Source: Bugula neritina
Lineage: Eukaryota; Animalia; Bryozoa
NCBI GenBank assembly: GCA_964035545.1
Contig: OZ037771.1
Span: 10,916,480 to 10,980,479 of the forward strand
Length of the DNA stretch: 64,000 nucleotides
Direction of reading: 5' to 3'
Both the position numbers and the translations under genes were made by a program. The notes under the pieces are model-generated. The model was given only the letters and a program-made list of their open reading frames with translations. It made no database searches and had not been told where the DNA came from. Shown piece by piece: positions 41,477-54,332 of this stretch (position 1 is its first letter; every line of letters begins with the position of its first letter).

Positions 41477-43124
41477 ACCAATTTTCAATATGCTTGTGAT
41501 GAACTACTAGATTCAAATCCGTTAATTAACACTCAATCTGCTGAGAGAGGAAAATTGAAATCAATTGCTGTATACTGACAGACTTTTCCGCATAGTCTCC
41601 TTTCTCAAAGATTTGAGGATGCTACCTTATAATGTAAACCCAGCTTAGCTATGTGCTAAAATCCTATAAATTTTATTTAAAAACTCGGCTACATGCTAGA
41701 ATTGATTTATTCCAACCATAAAAGAAGCATTTGTAAAATGTGCATCATTAGGCGCTAGCAGATTGATTCATCTTTATGCGATGGGTTACCTCTGAACATT
41801 CAGTGATCATACAAAAAGTTAAACTTAGCTTAAGCTTTGTTGGAAGATAAATTTTATTTCGACTTGTATTAGGATATTAGCAATAACTGTACCAGGTCTA
41901 ATAGACCTACTAATTATTTGTTGTTATACCACTTAGTACTTACTGTTACTTAGCTACCATTTAGTTTTACTTTTGGTTATATATTTTCGTAACTTGAAGA
42001 CCATCCTAATACTTGATGGTGAGACTAATAGTAATATTTTTTTACCTGATAAAAAGTAAATTAATGATGCTTTAGCCATCTAAGTTTAAATTAAAATTTA
42101 TTAATCATAATGATAAAGTGATAATCATAACAATAATTATTAATAAGACATCTAACTATTAGTATTACCGTTAGTATCATAATGATAATCTTGGATTTTC
42201 AGCAACCGACGGCCACACCAACTCCAAGCTTCAATAAAAATTGACTTATCTATAATTCTAGTTCCACTCACTATGACTATTAGTAATACCTACTCCTAGG
42301 GCTAGTAATACTAATACTAATAGTAATACTGTAAAGCACTAAAAGTAAATCAGTAAATGTAATTGAGTAATACTAATAGTAATACTAATTGTATTATTAA
42401 ATTTAATAAAAATCTTACCATATAGATAAAGTAAAATAAAACTTTAAATTATGATAAAATACATTAAAAACCCGATGGTATGATTACAAGTATTGCCATC
42501 ATCATTATGATTATCTTTATGATTATAAATATAATCATAATGACGACCGTGACAAATTGGTCATTGTGATCAGTGTAATCGCTTGGGTAGCACGTGGTAA
42601 TGACAACTTTAAATACTGTTTGAGCTATGAATGGCTAGTGATGTCAAAAAATGTCCAATTAAGGTGCTATATTTTTAGCACAGACCAATTATGTAGCAGG
42701 GATCGTACATTGGGTTATCTTCATCATCCAAACTGCCTATTCACACACAGCGACTCAATTAATTCACTGTACCGCCGACCTTAAATATTTATTTCCGCTC
42801 TCCACAGACTGATCTCGGAATGATCACTTTTTACTTCTAGTTATTGAACTTGATGTAATGATTATTATTACTTATGCTGTAATAATTATTATACGGTTAT
42901 TCTTGTAAGCGCACATAAAATCACATGTGTTCCTTTTCCATGAAAATTAAACCTAGGCACTGTAAAGTGTAAAGACTAGGTCTAACTCTTGAACGAAATT
43001 CTAAAACTTAAGAGTTAAGTCTTAACAATAACTGATAAGTGATAACTCTTAAGACTAAGAGTAACTGTAAGTGTAAGTAAAAATAAAGGTCAGGTTGAAG
43101 TAAAATTAAAACTGCTATTATTAG

Positions 43125-43142
43125 TATTACTACTAGTACTAG

Positions 43143-43225
<83 letters not shown>

Positions 43226-43226
43226 G
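43125..43226. repeat. (TAC)n microsatellite
   Basis: Visible. Confidence 0.95.
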
Positions 43227-44163
43227 TAAATATAATAAATGAATAATTGTTATTTAAATATTGTGATCATCATATTAAGCTACTGACTGCGGTCAGCTGA
43301 GTAAACCTAAAAAATAACAAGTGATGCCATTACATTGTAAATAATTTTCTTTTTTAGGTAATTTAACGTTTTTACTCATATGCATTTAATGATATATGAT
43401 TTGCACACTACCATGTCAATGTACTAAATGGTTAGTCATATTTTTAAATTCTTGAGAGTTATGGTTCTAAACTAATTCATTCTTCGTCTGCTATTTATCA
43501 AATTGGCAGCACATAGATAGTATCAATTGCCAATGCATGAAGTTTACTGGTTTTATTGTAAACTATATATTTGATATATATAATTATTTAGGTATGGATA
43601 CGTGTATGTATGAGTATTTCTTTAAAGTTTTATATCAATAACAATTGTGAAACATGTTTATATGGTGATTTTGAATTGATTTATGCAGTTTTATTTATTT
43701 GTAGTTACCATTGAATGCATAACAGTAAAAGCTTACATTGTTGAGATACTAAATGATTATAACTTGAATTGCCGTTTTTCTAGGTTTGGCTTATCAAACT
43801 TTCTCTGGGGTTTCAAACTTTTAACCTTTAGACAAAGACCTTTTAATAATTTGTATGAATTAAATAATACTTACTTTCATGATATTTTAATCAAGTGTTA
43901 AATGTAACTGTACATTGTCATTTACATTTTTTGTAATGTTTGAAGTTATTCATAGTTATAGTGGCATGTGAACTGTTGACAGCTAGATATAATATGCAAA
44001 TACTTACTTTAGCAATGGTTGTAGTTTCAGTTCTCTTTTTTATTGTTTGCATTTTAGAAAAAAAGCATTCAACTCCTTATAAGTCTACATGTGCTACCAT
44101 TGTGCTTGCCTCTGTCAGTGAGACTGGTCATCCAATCTCTGCTTTACTTCGATTACTCTAGAA

Positions 44164-44928
44164 ATGTCTGCTGATATGAATACTGCATCAGACCATCAAG
44201 GTAGGTTTGCGGGCCCATTAGGACTAGGCAATACAAACAGGTTTACCAACACGGCTCTTGGTTCACACTATAGTGGTATGCTATTCATTAGCACTGTAGT
44301 ACAGCAATGAAGGTTTCATATTTTACTGTCCCATAATATAGGCTCTAGTGTATGCTGTCAACCAAACACTATATTGAATATTATTTTGAACTCTAAATTT
44401 ATGATACTGCATTTAGAAATGTACTCTAATTTTATTTTTAAAAATTGTTTTTGTTCTTAAATGTCAATTAGGGTTTTGTTGAATAATTAAGGTAGTCTAA
44501 GCAAATATTTACTGCTCCACACTCCTTTTAGATATAACCTATAGTGAAATTAAAATTCAACTTTACAAGTTACATTTTTGTTATTGAGCAGGTGCTGAAG
44601 CTGTTTCAGATGAAGATGTTATGCAAGAAAGACAGCGTTTAATATCACAAATACTGGATCTGCAAAACACCCTGGATGGTTAGCATTTATTGTCCTGTTT
44701 ACTTATTCATTTGTCCGAGCCTTGAGATTCTCAAGATAGCTTCTTTTAACAAAGTGAAGTTACAATTTGTGTGTTTTTGCAGCTCTCTCCAGCAAAGTTG
44801 ATAATGTAAAGGAAGAAAATCTCAAAATGAAATCTGAGAATCAAGTGCTTGGTCAATACATTGAAAACCTCATGTCAGCTAGCACTGTCTTTCAAAACAC
44901 AGACATTGGTCCATCGCAGAGTCATTAG
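44164..44928 (+). CDS. SCOC: Short coiled-coil protein (SCOC/UNC-69)
   Basis: Exons 44164-44200 (or 44164-44275), 44592-44678, 44783-44928. Translation includes [56 protein letters not shown]. An acceptor just before the ATG implies an upstream exon. Confidence 0.93.
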
Positions 44929-46327
44929 CCAATAGCATATTTTTGTGGCACTGGTTGGACACCATTTGTTTCCTAGAAACTTCCATTATAGATGATTGTT
45001 CATTACTGTTTTGTATTTATCTTTAGACTACTCGCATATTGCTATTTATGTTTACATATCATTTCCTTAAGCCAGTAGGTAATCAACAAAACACAACCTG
45101 ATTTAATGGCTATACTAGTTTCTTCTAGTATTCTGTTTGACTACCTTTGACAAACCCTCAGCAAGTCTACTTATTGCTTATTTCTATTTTCATAAATGAA
45201 AATTGTGTTCACTGTAGCATAAACTGTTGTATATGTGAATGTTTTACCGCATTTCCTATACTGAGAGAGTATGTCCACACTTCCTTTTAATTCTCATGCC
45301 AGGCTCTATTGCATGTTGCAGTCTAGGTCAACACTAGTTTATATTCATCATTCAATTTTTAAAAACCACTGGGTTTTCCTTTCTCTTATTTATTAATTTT
45401 TATGTTCACAATATTTTACAGTTGCAGATATGGTGGGCTATACATATGATCTCTTGTCTTCCACTGCAATTAGGATGTGCTTAACTGTTGTTCCCTGAGA
45501 CTGTTGTATAAATAATTTAGTGTTAGTATTAGCAATCATTCCACTGTTAAAAATATATTTTGCTTAGCTTATCAAATTGTAAATATATATTCACTTATCA
45601 TTTCTTCTTACAATAATGAATAAATCAATTATTGTCACCCTATCATTCACATTATTTTTATGATTAAATGAACAGTTTCAGCCCTAATGGTTTAAACTTT
45701 AGTGCATCTGTAACAGCCGAGCTTGGCATACAGAGGATAGACAACTCCATACTGTAGATAATCCAAGCAACTTCATGGCCACCTTATTGCTAGAGGCTTT
45801 AAGAACTTAAAAGGGTAAAATTTCACATTTAAAAAACATGCAAGTTTTTGATGCACTGCTTTCAGCTTATTAAAACTAACTGATTGTTTTTATCAAATGA
45901 CACCACCATATAAGATAATTAAATCTACAGTAAAGTACTATAATACAACACAACACTTTTTAAGTATGATTTCCTTAAAACATAATGAATGTGTATTTCA
46001 GGCAATTTTATAAACCATGAAAATGTGTTTACAGTTGCATAAGATGTACCCAGACTTAATATTTACAAGCATCTCCAAATTTAACAAAAATAATATAAGT
46101 TCTGACTGTGCAGCAGCTGGATGCAACAATAAACTAAGCAGATGTTTTAAAATAATAATACCAACACATAAAATTGCTGGAGAAAATTTAAACTATATAC
46201 AGGTTCAATAACATTAACTGTATTGTAGTTGTTTATTGTTCAAGCAAAACAGCTGCAAGCCTCTGAAAAGCAAGTATTTCCCTTTCAGTGGAAGTTAAGA
46301 AGCAAAGGTAGATTAATGATTTGGTAC

Positions 46328-47422
46328 TCAGCGTACTTCTAACAGGCTACCCCCTGTTTGGTTCTGGAATACATCTATAGTGTCTTCATCCTCCATGTTC
46401 AGCTAAATAAAAGAGCAGTAGGAACTATAACAGAATAGTCTACATCACAATTATATAACATGTGTAAAACACCAAACTTCTATTGTAATTTCTAAAACAC
46501 AGTAGAAGTAACAAAAACCTTTGGAATCTCATTTGTCCTATTTTATTGATATGAAAAATACAATTAAAAACAAAATGAACCCTTTTATTAGGATGTATGT
46601 AAATAAAAAACTATTTAAAATAAAAGTAGGACAAAAAGTACAAAACACATTCCATCACAGGCCTTGCTTTTAGATTACATGATAAACAAGCAGCTTGAGG
46701 AGACAACTCTGAAATTGAACAGAAAATATCTAGAGTTGAACTTACGTCAGCTGCTGTATCTTCTGGATTTAGTGGTACTCCATCAAACCTGAACTTTACT
46801 GCATTCATATCAATGCCCTGCCAAAAGTCAACAAACTTTTGAACAATGTGAAGATTTGTTATACTAAATCAACTTTTACATTTAGGATTGAAGACAATTT
46901 CAATTTCTAGACAACTAAATATTGCCCATAAAAAACTGAAGCATAAATAGCAATTGCACAGAAATCATCTCAAGTAAGTTTATAAAAAAGGGTGTTTATA
47001 ACATATATTTTAAGACAAAATTTCAATTTCAGAATCATATGATGATATTCACATTAAGGAAAGCTCATAGGCTAATTTAGCAAACTAATTTAAACATTAC
47101 TATATTACAAAACTAACCTCACGTGCACAGTATGCGTTCATGAGCTTCTTAAGAGATGCGTGCTTTTTTATTTTAAATGTGACACTAGAACCATCTTGAT
47201 TGGATACCCTCAAATTCACATGGTCTGTGTTAGGTTTTACATCCTGTAAGAATTACTAAGGGATAATTTTTATATGGCATTAGGTTCTCAGCAAAAATCA
47301 TTTCTTTAGACAAGCATAATTGTAGCATAGTTCAAGTTAAATAAAATCAGGGAAGCAGAGCATAGCCAAATGAGTTCTGTAGCAAAAATAATTCAACCAA
47401 CCTTGGTTTCTTTATCAGTCAT
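46328..47422 (-). CDS. SUMO: Small ubiquitin-related modifier (SUMO2/3-like), 97-aa precursor, 4 exons
   Basis: Exons 47402-47422, 47118-47243, 46746-46817, 46328-46402. Translation: [62 protein letters not shown]...[22 protein letters not shown]. Confidence 0.95.
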
Positions 47423-48040
47423 AATGTGTTCTGTCCTATAATGAATCTGTGTGATATTAGCTATCCTTCAAATTTATGTCTGAAGATGGTACAAACTGCC
47501 CAGCATTAAATGACTACAACACAACTGTTCCCTGTAGTATAAAAAACCAACCAGTCACTTTGACCAACATAAACCTCCTGGCTTATTACATTTCAAACAG
47601 AAGTAAAATAAACATATGACCAAAAGTAAGTTATGCACCAAAAATAGGTACACAGTATGTACACTGGTACACCAGACAATGAACGCAAACAAGACCTAGT
47701 TGATAAGTACAGTAAAATAGTCTTTCAATACAATGGCTAATGAACATCCAACACCTATAGTATTATTGGGCTAATCACAAAAGCATACAAATTATTCTTT
47801 CTAATTCAGTGTTATTACATGGTGTCATTGTTTACTAGGAAAGACTACATAATTGCAATAGTATCAGTTACCACCCAGTAACACCTTCTTTCCATGAAGC
47901 ATTATCAATCAGTTCAACTTAAGAAATGTGTTCTAAGCAAAAACAACATTTAAACAGAAAAAGAGGAATAAAACCAACAACATATAATGAGTTGGAATGC
48001 AAGTCATGGGGCTGGCTAGACAGGATAGCACATCGACAGC

Positions 48041-48258
48041 TGTGTGCGGTAAAAATGGCACAAATGGAAAAAAGTAAGTAAAACAGCACATTTTCAATAT
48101 TGGGGTTTAGGATGGAGGTTTAGGTTTGGGAATTTGATTTTGGGGTTTAAGGATTTGGGCTAGGGAAGAATTAACATTAGTGTGCCATTTTACCTACTTT
48201 TCTACTTGCGCCATTATTAACTGTGCCATTTTTACCTGCGCAATTTTCACATAAAACC
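48041..48258 (+). mobile_element. Mutator-type MITE (GGTAAAAATGGCAC family), copy 1
   Basis: Inverted 15-bp-unit arms around a G/T-skewed core. Degenerate 9-bp TSD ATCGACAGC/ATTGGCAGC. Homologous to the copies at 53541 and 54094. Confidence 0.75.
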
Positions 48259-51200
48259 ATTGGCAGCAGCTATTTTAGCAAGCCTTTCCCATAAAATAAT
48301 ATTATAAAAAAAGATGCTATCACAACTTCCAATTTGAAATTGAAGACCTCAATATTAAAATATGTTCATTGCCATTAAATGATCTACAGTATTCTGGTAA
48401 AATTTATATAGTAAAATACCAACAGTAATAATATAATAGGCAATATAATCCATATCTTTAAAAATCAAACACAAAGTTAGATCTACTCTAAGTAAAAAAT
48501 ATGGTAAAATCATAACAGTTTATTAAAAACGTTGTACTTGTAGTACTAGCTAGCGATTGTTCAATTGCATAAAAAAATTTACTTGATTATATTTATAATG
48601 ATTATGCAAGTTTATTTTATTTTTATCAATTTATGTGATCAAATTCAATATAGTGATAATGTAGTATTATTGTGATGGTTGATTCTATTAATACTTACTC
48701 CAACTGTTAGACTTAGTATCAGATTTAACAATTTTGACAGTTCACATTAGACAAAATCTTACTAGCGTAAAGTACAATAATAGTCAACAACTATAAGCAA
48801 ATAACGTTGACTCTAACCCAATGAATTTTCAGATCATCACAGGACATTAGCCTGTCAAGGAAATACTAATAGATGATGATGTTATTTGTTAAATGTAATA
48901 AATAATAATTATCAGCATCAATACTAAGTCTAATAAGATAAATTTCTAAATATCATTATAACTATCACGATAATATAAAATTAAATAGCAATCATTTCAT
49001 CACCATGATGATCAATACCATTATTATTATGATCACCATAAAATAGATCATAATGTCTAAATCTAATGGCAATAATATATTCATGTCACTGCTAATTTTA
49101 CACATAGTCGTACATAATCATAGTGATAATCATACAATGATTATTATCACATTCATTATGATAACCTTATGAATATTGATTTATATTAATATATTCAATT
49201 TCATATTGATATTCATATTGATTATTACTGATAGTGATTAGTGATAACGATTGTTCATTATTGTAGCTGCTGTTTGCATATTTTGGTGCTAATGGTACTT
49301 TACTGGAGCCGTAAGTCTCAACTGATGCCATAAATGGTAATGTGAAAACTATAATAATAATGTATAAAACAACATGTTAGTAAAAATATGCAAAGATGTA
49401 TAATATGCAAGTCACAAAGTTATTGTCCAACAATTAAAATTTTATATTCTATTAAAATGCAAAGATATTAGTAATTATTAAGAATAACTGTATTACCTGA
49501 GTGGCTCTACTAGTTCTATAAAACGGCTGCACTGCTCATGGGTCTAGCACTCGACCTACCATGGCTAGGCCAAGTCTAGAACAAGCACATGTGCAGCTTA
49601 CAATTCTTTATATGGCTAGCTAAACTAATTAGTTTACAAGATGTGTTGGCTAACATAACAGTTCAAAACAGGTGCTAATTCTATGAAAAACAAATATGGC
49701 TTAAAGTTAATGACAATAGGGTTGACAAGTAAAGTATAAGTTGTTTATGAATGCATTTTCAATATTTGGGTTTCTATTTGTTTGCACTAACAAAATGTGT
49801 TACAAAAGAGCCATGCTGGCCTTTACAATTATCATTATGCTACTGTTACAATTATCATTATGCTACTGTTATTCTAAAACCAAATCAGTAATTGAAAATG
49901 AATGTGATAACTGATATTCATATAAAATTTGATTTTCGTTTTATTAATTATTATTAAATAAAACTGAAATAATGAATATGGTTATCACTGTCTTGAATGT
50001 CTTGGTAGGCTGATGACTAAATCACTAATGAGTAATGATACTGAGTTACTCATGGTCATACTCATACTGATACATCATGATCATACTGATACAATTACAT
50101 TTAGTTTTACATTATTAAAAATAAAAGTAAATGAAATAGTTGACACTTGAAGTTGAAGTTAATTGTATTCATATTGATAATATCAATAACTTTATGATAG
50201 TCTGACTGTAAGTGTAAGTATAATGAATAAATGATGATCACATTCACTAACTACTGTAAGTTAGTGTAAGTCAAGGTGAAAATGTAAGAGTGGGAGTAAG
50301 ACTAAGAGTAAGAGTAAGTATGTTACAGTTATTGTTAAACCTAAACTTAATGACTAATACAGTAATAGTAACAAGTTATACTTTAAATTTTAGCAATAAT
50401 AAAGACAGGAAAGTGCATTAAAAACAAAAAGTTTAACATAAAGTGACACTGGAGAACAATACTTCTTAGCCATTGATGATCATGATAAAGCAACAAGTCG
50501 CAACGTTTAAAATAAAAAGCGAGACGCAAGTCCACATTGGAATCCTGGAAACATTTTGACCTGTGAAAGAGTTAATCGTGGGGAAAATTCCCGCTATACT
50601 ATAAAACGGCCTTTGTTATAATCGTTGTCATATATAAACGTTCGTACGAATGAAGTCATTTATCGCACTGAGCTGTTATAGCTGTTGAATTTATTGATTA
50701 TAGAAAGGATAACTCAATATTCATTTCACATTTCCACATAATAATTATTATTACAGAAAAGCGGCGGCGGCTATTTTGAAAAGCGCTGTCCTTTCCTGAG
50801 CGACAACAATTTATGAAAGGATAACTTTTATTTGGCAAAGCATAAAATAATAATATAGAACAGTAGTTCCCAACTTTCGTCATATATAGTAGGGAAGCCA
50901 ACATGCAAAAATGGGCGGGTGGAGCACATCAATACTAACCTTTGTTGTTATATGTCACTGCAAAGCTAACATTCTACTGATTTTAAATCTTCGAGTAATG
51001 CTTTTTTATCTGGGGGAAGGGGGTTTCTCGCTTGAAAAGGGTGGATATACAGAGGCTGGCCAATTTTAAAGGGGCATCATGAAATTTTAAATATGCAATT
51101 ATTTGAGTAAATTAGGTTTATTATTCAAAATAACTTTTGGAAATGTTGCATAGACCTATGAAACTATCTCTTAAAAAATTGTGACTAAAAATTGATAAGT

Positions 51201-52701
51201 AGGAGGAGCCTATGGCGTGATGTAGTGCTTTTCGGATGTACCTAATGTTCTCTAAGCAACCAAATTTTTGCTGTAGGCCGTCTAGAATGGTAATTTTTAG
51301 CATGTAGACACTCTGTAGTGTCTTCATAAGTTACACCAGTTTCTAGTTTATTCTGACCAACAAGATATTTTTCACAGCCCTGAACATTAAAAAAGACAAA
51401 GTCGGACTTATCTCACCCGTTTGAAAAGTCGCCATTTTACCCAATATTAATACATTTTATTAATTGGCCGGGCTGTCATTATTTTAGTATAAAATAAAGC
51501 TTAACCTGTTTTGATTAGCTGATGGCTCATTTCCAGTAGATAATTAGACGAAATACTGCTTCAGACGCACAAAAGTGAAATTTTTCATATCGATCAATTA
51601 GCTGTTAACGTTTAATACTTGTCGCTTGATAATGGATAATGTGTATTCTGCCAGTCACACACATTGGTAAAAGGCAACTTTATCACCTTCAACTAACAGA
51701 CCAAAATTATTTTAATATAATTACAATTATTAAACAATGCAGCAATAAGTAATCTGGAAAGGGATATTTCTTACCTTATCACTGCGGAAGTAATAACTTT
51801 ATATGAAATGCTATACTAATTCTATTCATGCAGCAAATTAAAATAACTTTAGTACTTCTACAAAAAATATTAGAAGTAGCTATGTTCAAACGTTATCTGA
51901 AACACTCTTTGAAAAAATTCATTTAAAACCAGAACAGGGTAATTAACAATTTAATCCCAAGTTATTTTTGATGATCATTAATGACAAATAAAATCATCCT
52001 TAAGTATGTTTTATTTGCAACAACAGTAAATCACCTGAGTAGAAACAAGCATATAATTTAGTCACTAAAAACTTAGACTACACTTATTCACATTTGTAAC
52101 TATAACTAAGACTAGATAGTGCGGCAGCTATTGCTGTAGTTTTGTGTACTACTGAAGTGGGGTATTATTGTACACATGAATTACTGCTGCATGGTTTACT
52201 AGAAAATTGCGAGAGAAACTGAAGTATAGTTAACGCTTGCAAAGGATCTATATTTAAAGGCTACTTATATACAAACAAAGTCATCAATAATCGCAAAAGA
52301 ATATACACATGTATATAGAACAGCTACCCAATATTATTCTAGTTTATGTGACAGCTATCCTCCAACTGAAGCTGGGTGCCGGAAGGCGCTGTTTATATCT
52401 GAAGAGTTGGCTCTGATTGGCCGGTGAGGGTTCCGGCAATGTCACTATACGGAGTGACGCGGTGCCGCAATGATTTGCGGCATCGCTAATGGAGTTATAG
52501 TCTCTTGGAACTTTATAGCAACTTCATTATTTAATACAATGTCACGCTCTGTTGTAGGTACTTATAAATGGGAGGTTAGGGGTATACTTCCCACAGCCAC
52601 TACAGCCACTACAGCCCACCTCCCTCCAGCAGAAAGCTAACTTTCTGATACACCCCAATTATAGGGAAGTATCAGTGTGTCAGTATAAAACATAAAAAAA
52701 A

Positions 52702-52710
52702 ATATATATA

Positions 52711-52770
<60 letters not shown>
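52702..52770. repeat. (TA)n microsatellite
   Basis: Visible. Confidence 0.95.
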
Positions 52771-52773
<3 letters not shown>

Positions 52774-53540
52774 ATATTAATAAAACAATTGGAGAGAATC
52801 TATGATGAGATTTAGAGCATCACAATTATCACGTGTCTAATACACACCCAGCGAATGCAAAACATGGAACCAGAAAGCATGAAGAGCACACCAATTTTAC
52901 AAAAACGATAAAAAAGAATGTATATACATCTAAAAGAAAAATTACTGCAGAGATATGGGAGGCACCTGAAGGAGATGATGGGTGACTTCTATGACTTGCG
53001 GGCCTTTCGCTTCAGACGGGATAGGGAATCTTTGAGTTAGCTCAGTTAAGTGGTAGCTGCCAGGACCTGAGAAGTCAGCTGACTGAGCTTTGCCTCTAGC
53101 TCAGTGGTTCCCAATCTTTTTCATACTATTCCTCCCTTTCATGAATGTTGACTATTAATTTTCCCCCTTTCGAAGAGTGAAAAGATTTTAAGACTTACTG
53201 AATGAGAATATATGGTACAACGCAATATTCTTTGTTCTATTACATTTGCATATAATATATTTATCAAAATAGTTATATTATCGTTATTATTATGTTATAA
53301 AACACAGAGCAGCTAAATTATTAATGTTATGGCTTCATTTGATGCTTTTGTGCCAGGTTGCTTAAGCCTGGCTCTGTGTTTGATCAGGCTCATCTTAAGT
53401 CACTCTGCAAGTTAAAGCAGTTTTTCTTCTCTTTGAATTGATGAGAATCCTACCTCACACGGATAGGTGGTGCTGGATGGCACTAAAACTCTGCTTTGTC
53501 AGTTATGTGTAAGAAGAGTTTGCTTGTTGAAACCCACAAT

Positions 53541-53850
53541 TATTTTAGGTAAAACTGGTGCATGTACAGATGGCACAGGTAATAATGACACAAATAGAAA
53601 AGTAGGTAAAAATGGCACATTGATGTTAAATTTTTCCAAACTCAAACCACAAACCCTCCACCTCAAGCCCCAACCCTTGAACTCCAAACCCCCACCCCCA
53701 AACTCCAGAACCCCATGTAGAAACCCAAAATCCTCACCTCAAGCCCCTCTTTCAAACTCCAAACCCCCACCCCAATATTGCAAACATGTGCCATTTTTAC
53801 CTACTTTTCCATTTCTGCCATTATTACTTGTGCCATTTTTACTGGACACT
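53541..53850 (-). mobile_element. Mutator-type MITE, copy 2, nested in the hAT
   Basis: Perfect 9-bp TSD ACCCACAAT (53532-53540, 53851-53859), 15-bp-unit arms and a C-rich core. Confidence 0.85.
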
Positions 53851-54093
53851 ACCCACAATACATAAACATGGAGAAAATTTCAAATTACTTTTTATTGCTG
53901 AATTTTGAACCGACTCAATAAAATCCTCATGTAACTTCTCTGAAAACTTTTCAACAAAGTGTTGCAATGGGTCACATGTCAAGTTAAGAATCTAGCTCTT
54001 TTTTCAGAGGTAGCTTAAAGAAATATCGTTGAAACTCCATTAAAAGTTTAGAGAGATGCCTAGAAGTTCTTTTGAAAAATGATTTGGACAGGT

Positions 54094-54332
54094 GGTGTCC
54101 GGTAAAAATGGCACGGGTAATAATGGCACGGGTAATAATGGCACGGGTAATAATGGCACGGGTGATTTAATGCCACAAATAAAGAATTAAGTAAAAATGG
54201 CACATTTTCAATATTAGCATTGTAGATTTGAGTTAGGGGTTAGGCGTTCAGGATGGGGAGTTTGGAGGTTTGAGTTTGGGAAAATTAAACACCGGTGTGT
54301 GATTTTTACCTATGCAATTTTTACCTAAAATC
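54094..54332 (+). mobile_element. Mutator-type MITE, copy 3, nested in the hAT
   Basis: GGTGTCCGGTAAAAATGGCAC... with a locally amplified 15-mer (GGTAATAATGGCACG). Degenerate TSD ending ACAGGT on both sides. Confidence 0.75.

Noticed and set aside
32330-47422. Functional cluster linking SAMHD1, SUMO, PHPT1 and the nearby retrotransposon
   Set aside because: Adjacency and alternating strands are common in compact genomes, and the sequence gives no evidence of co-regulation
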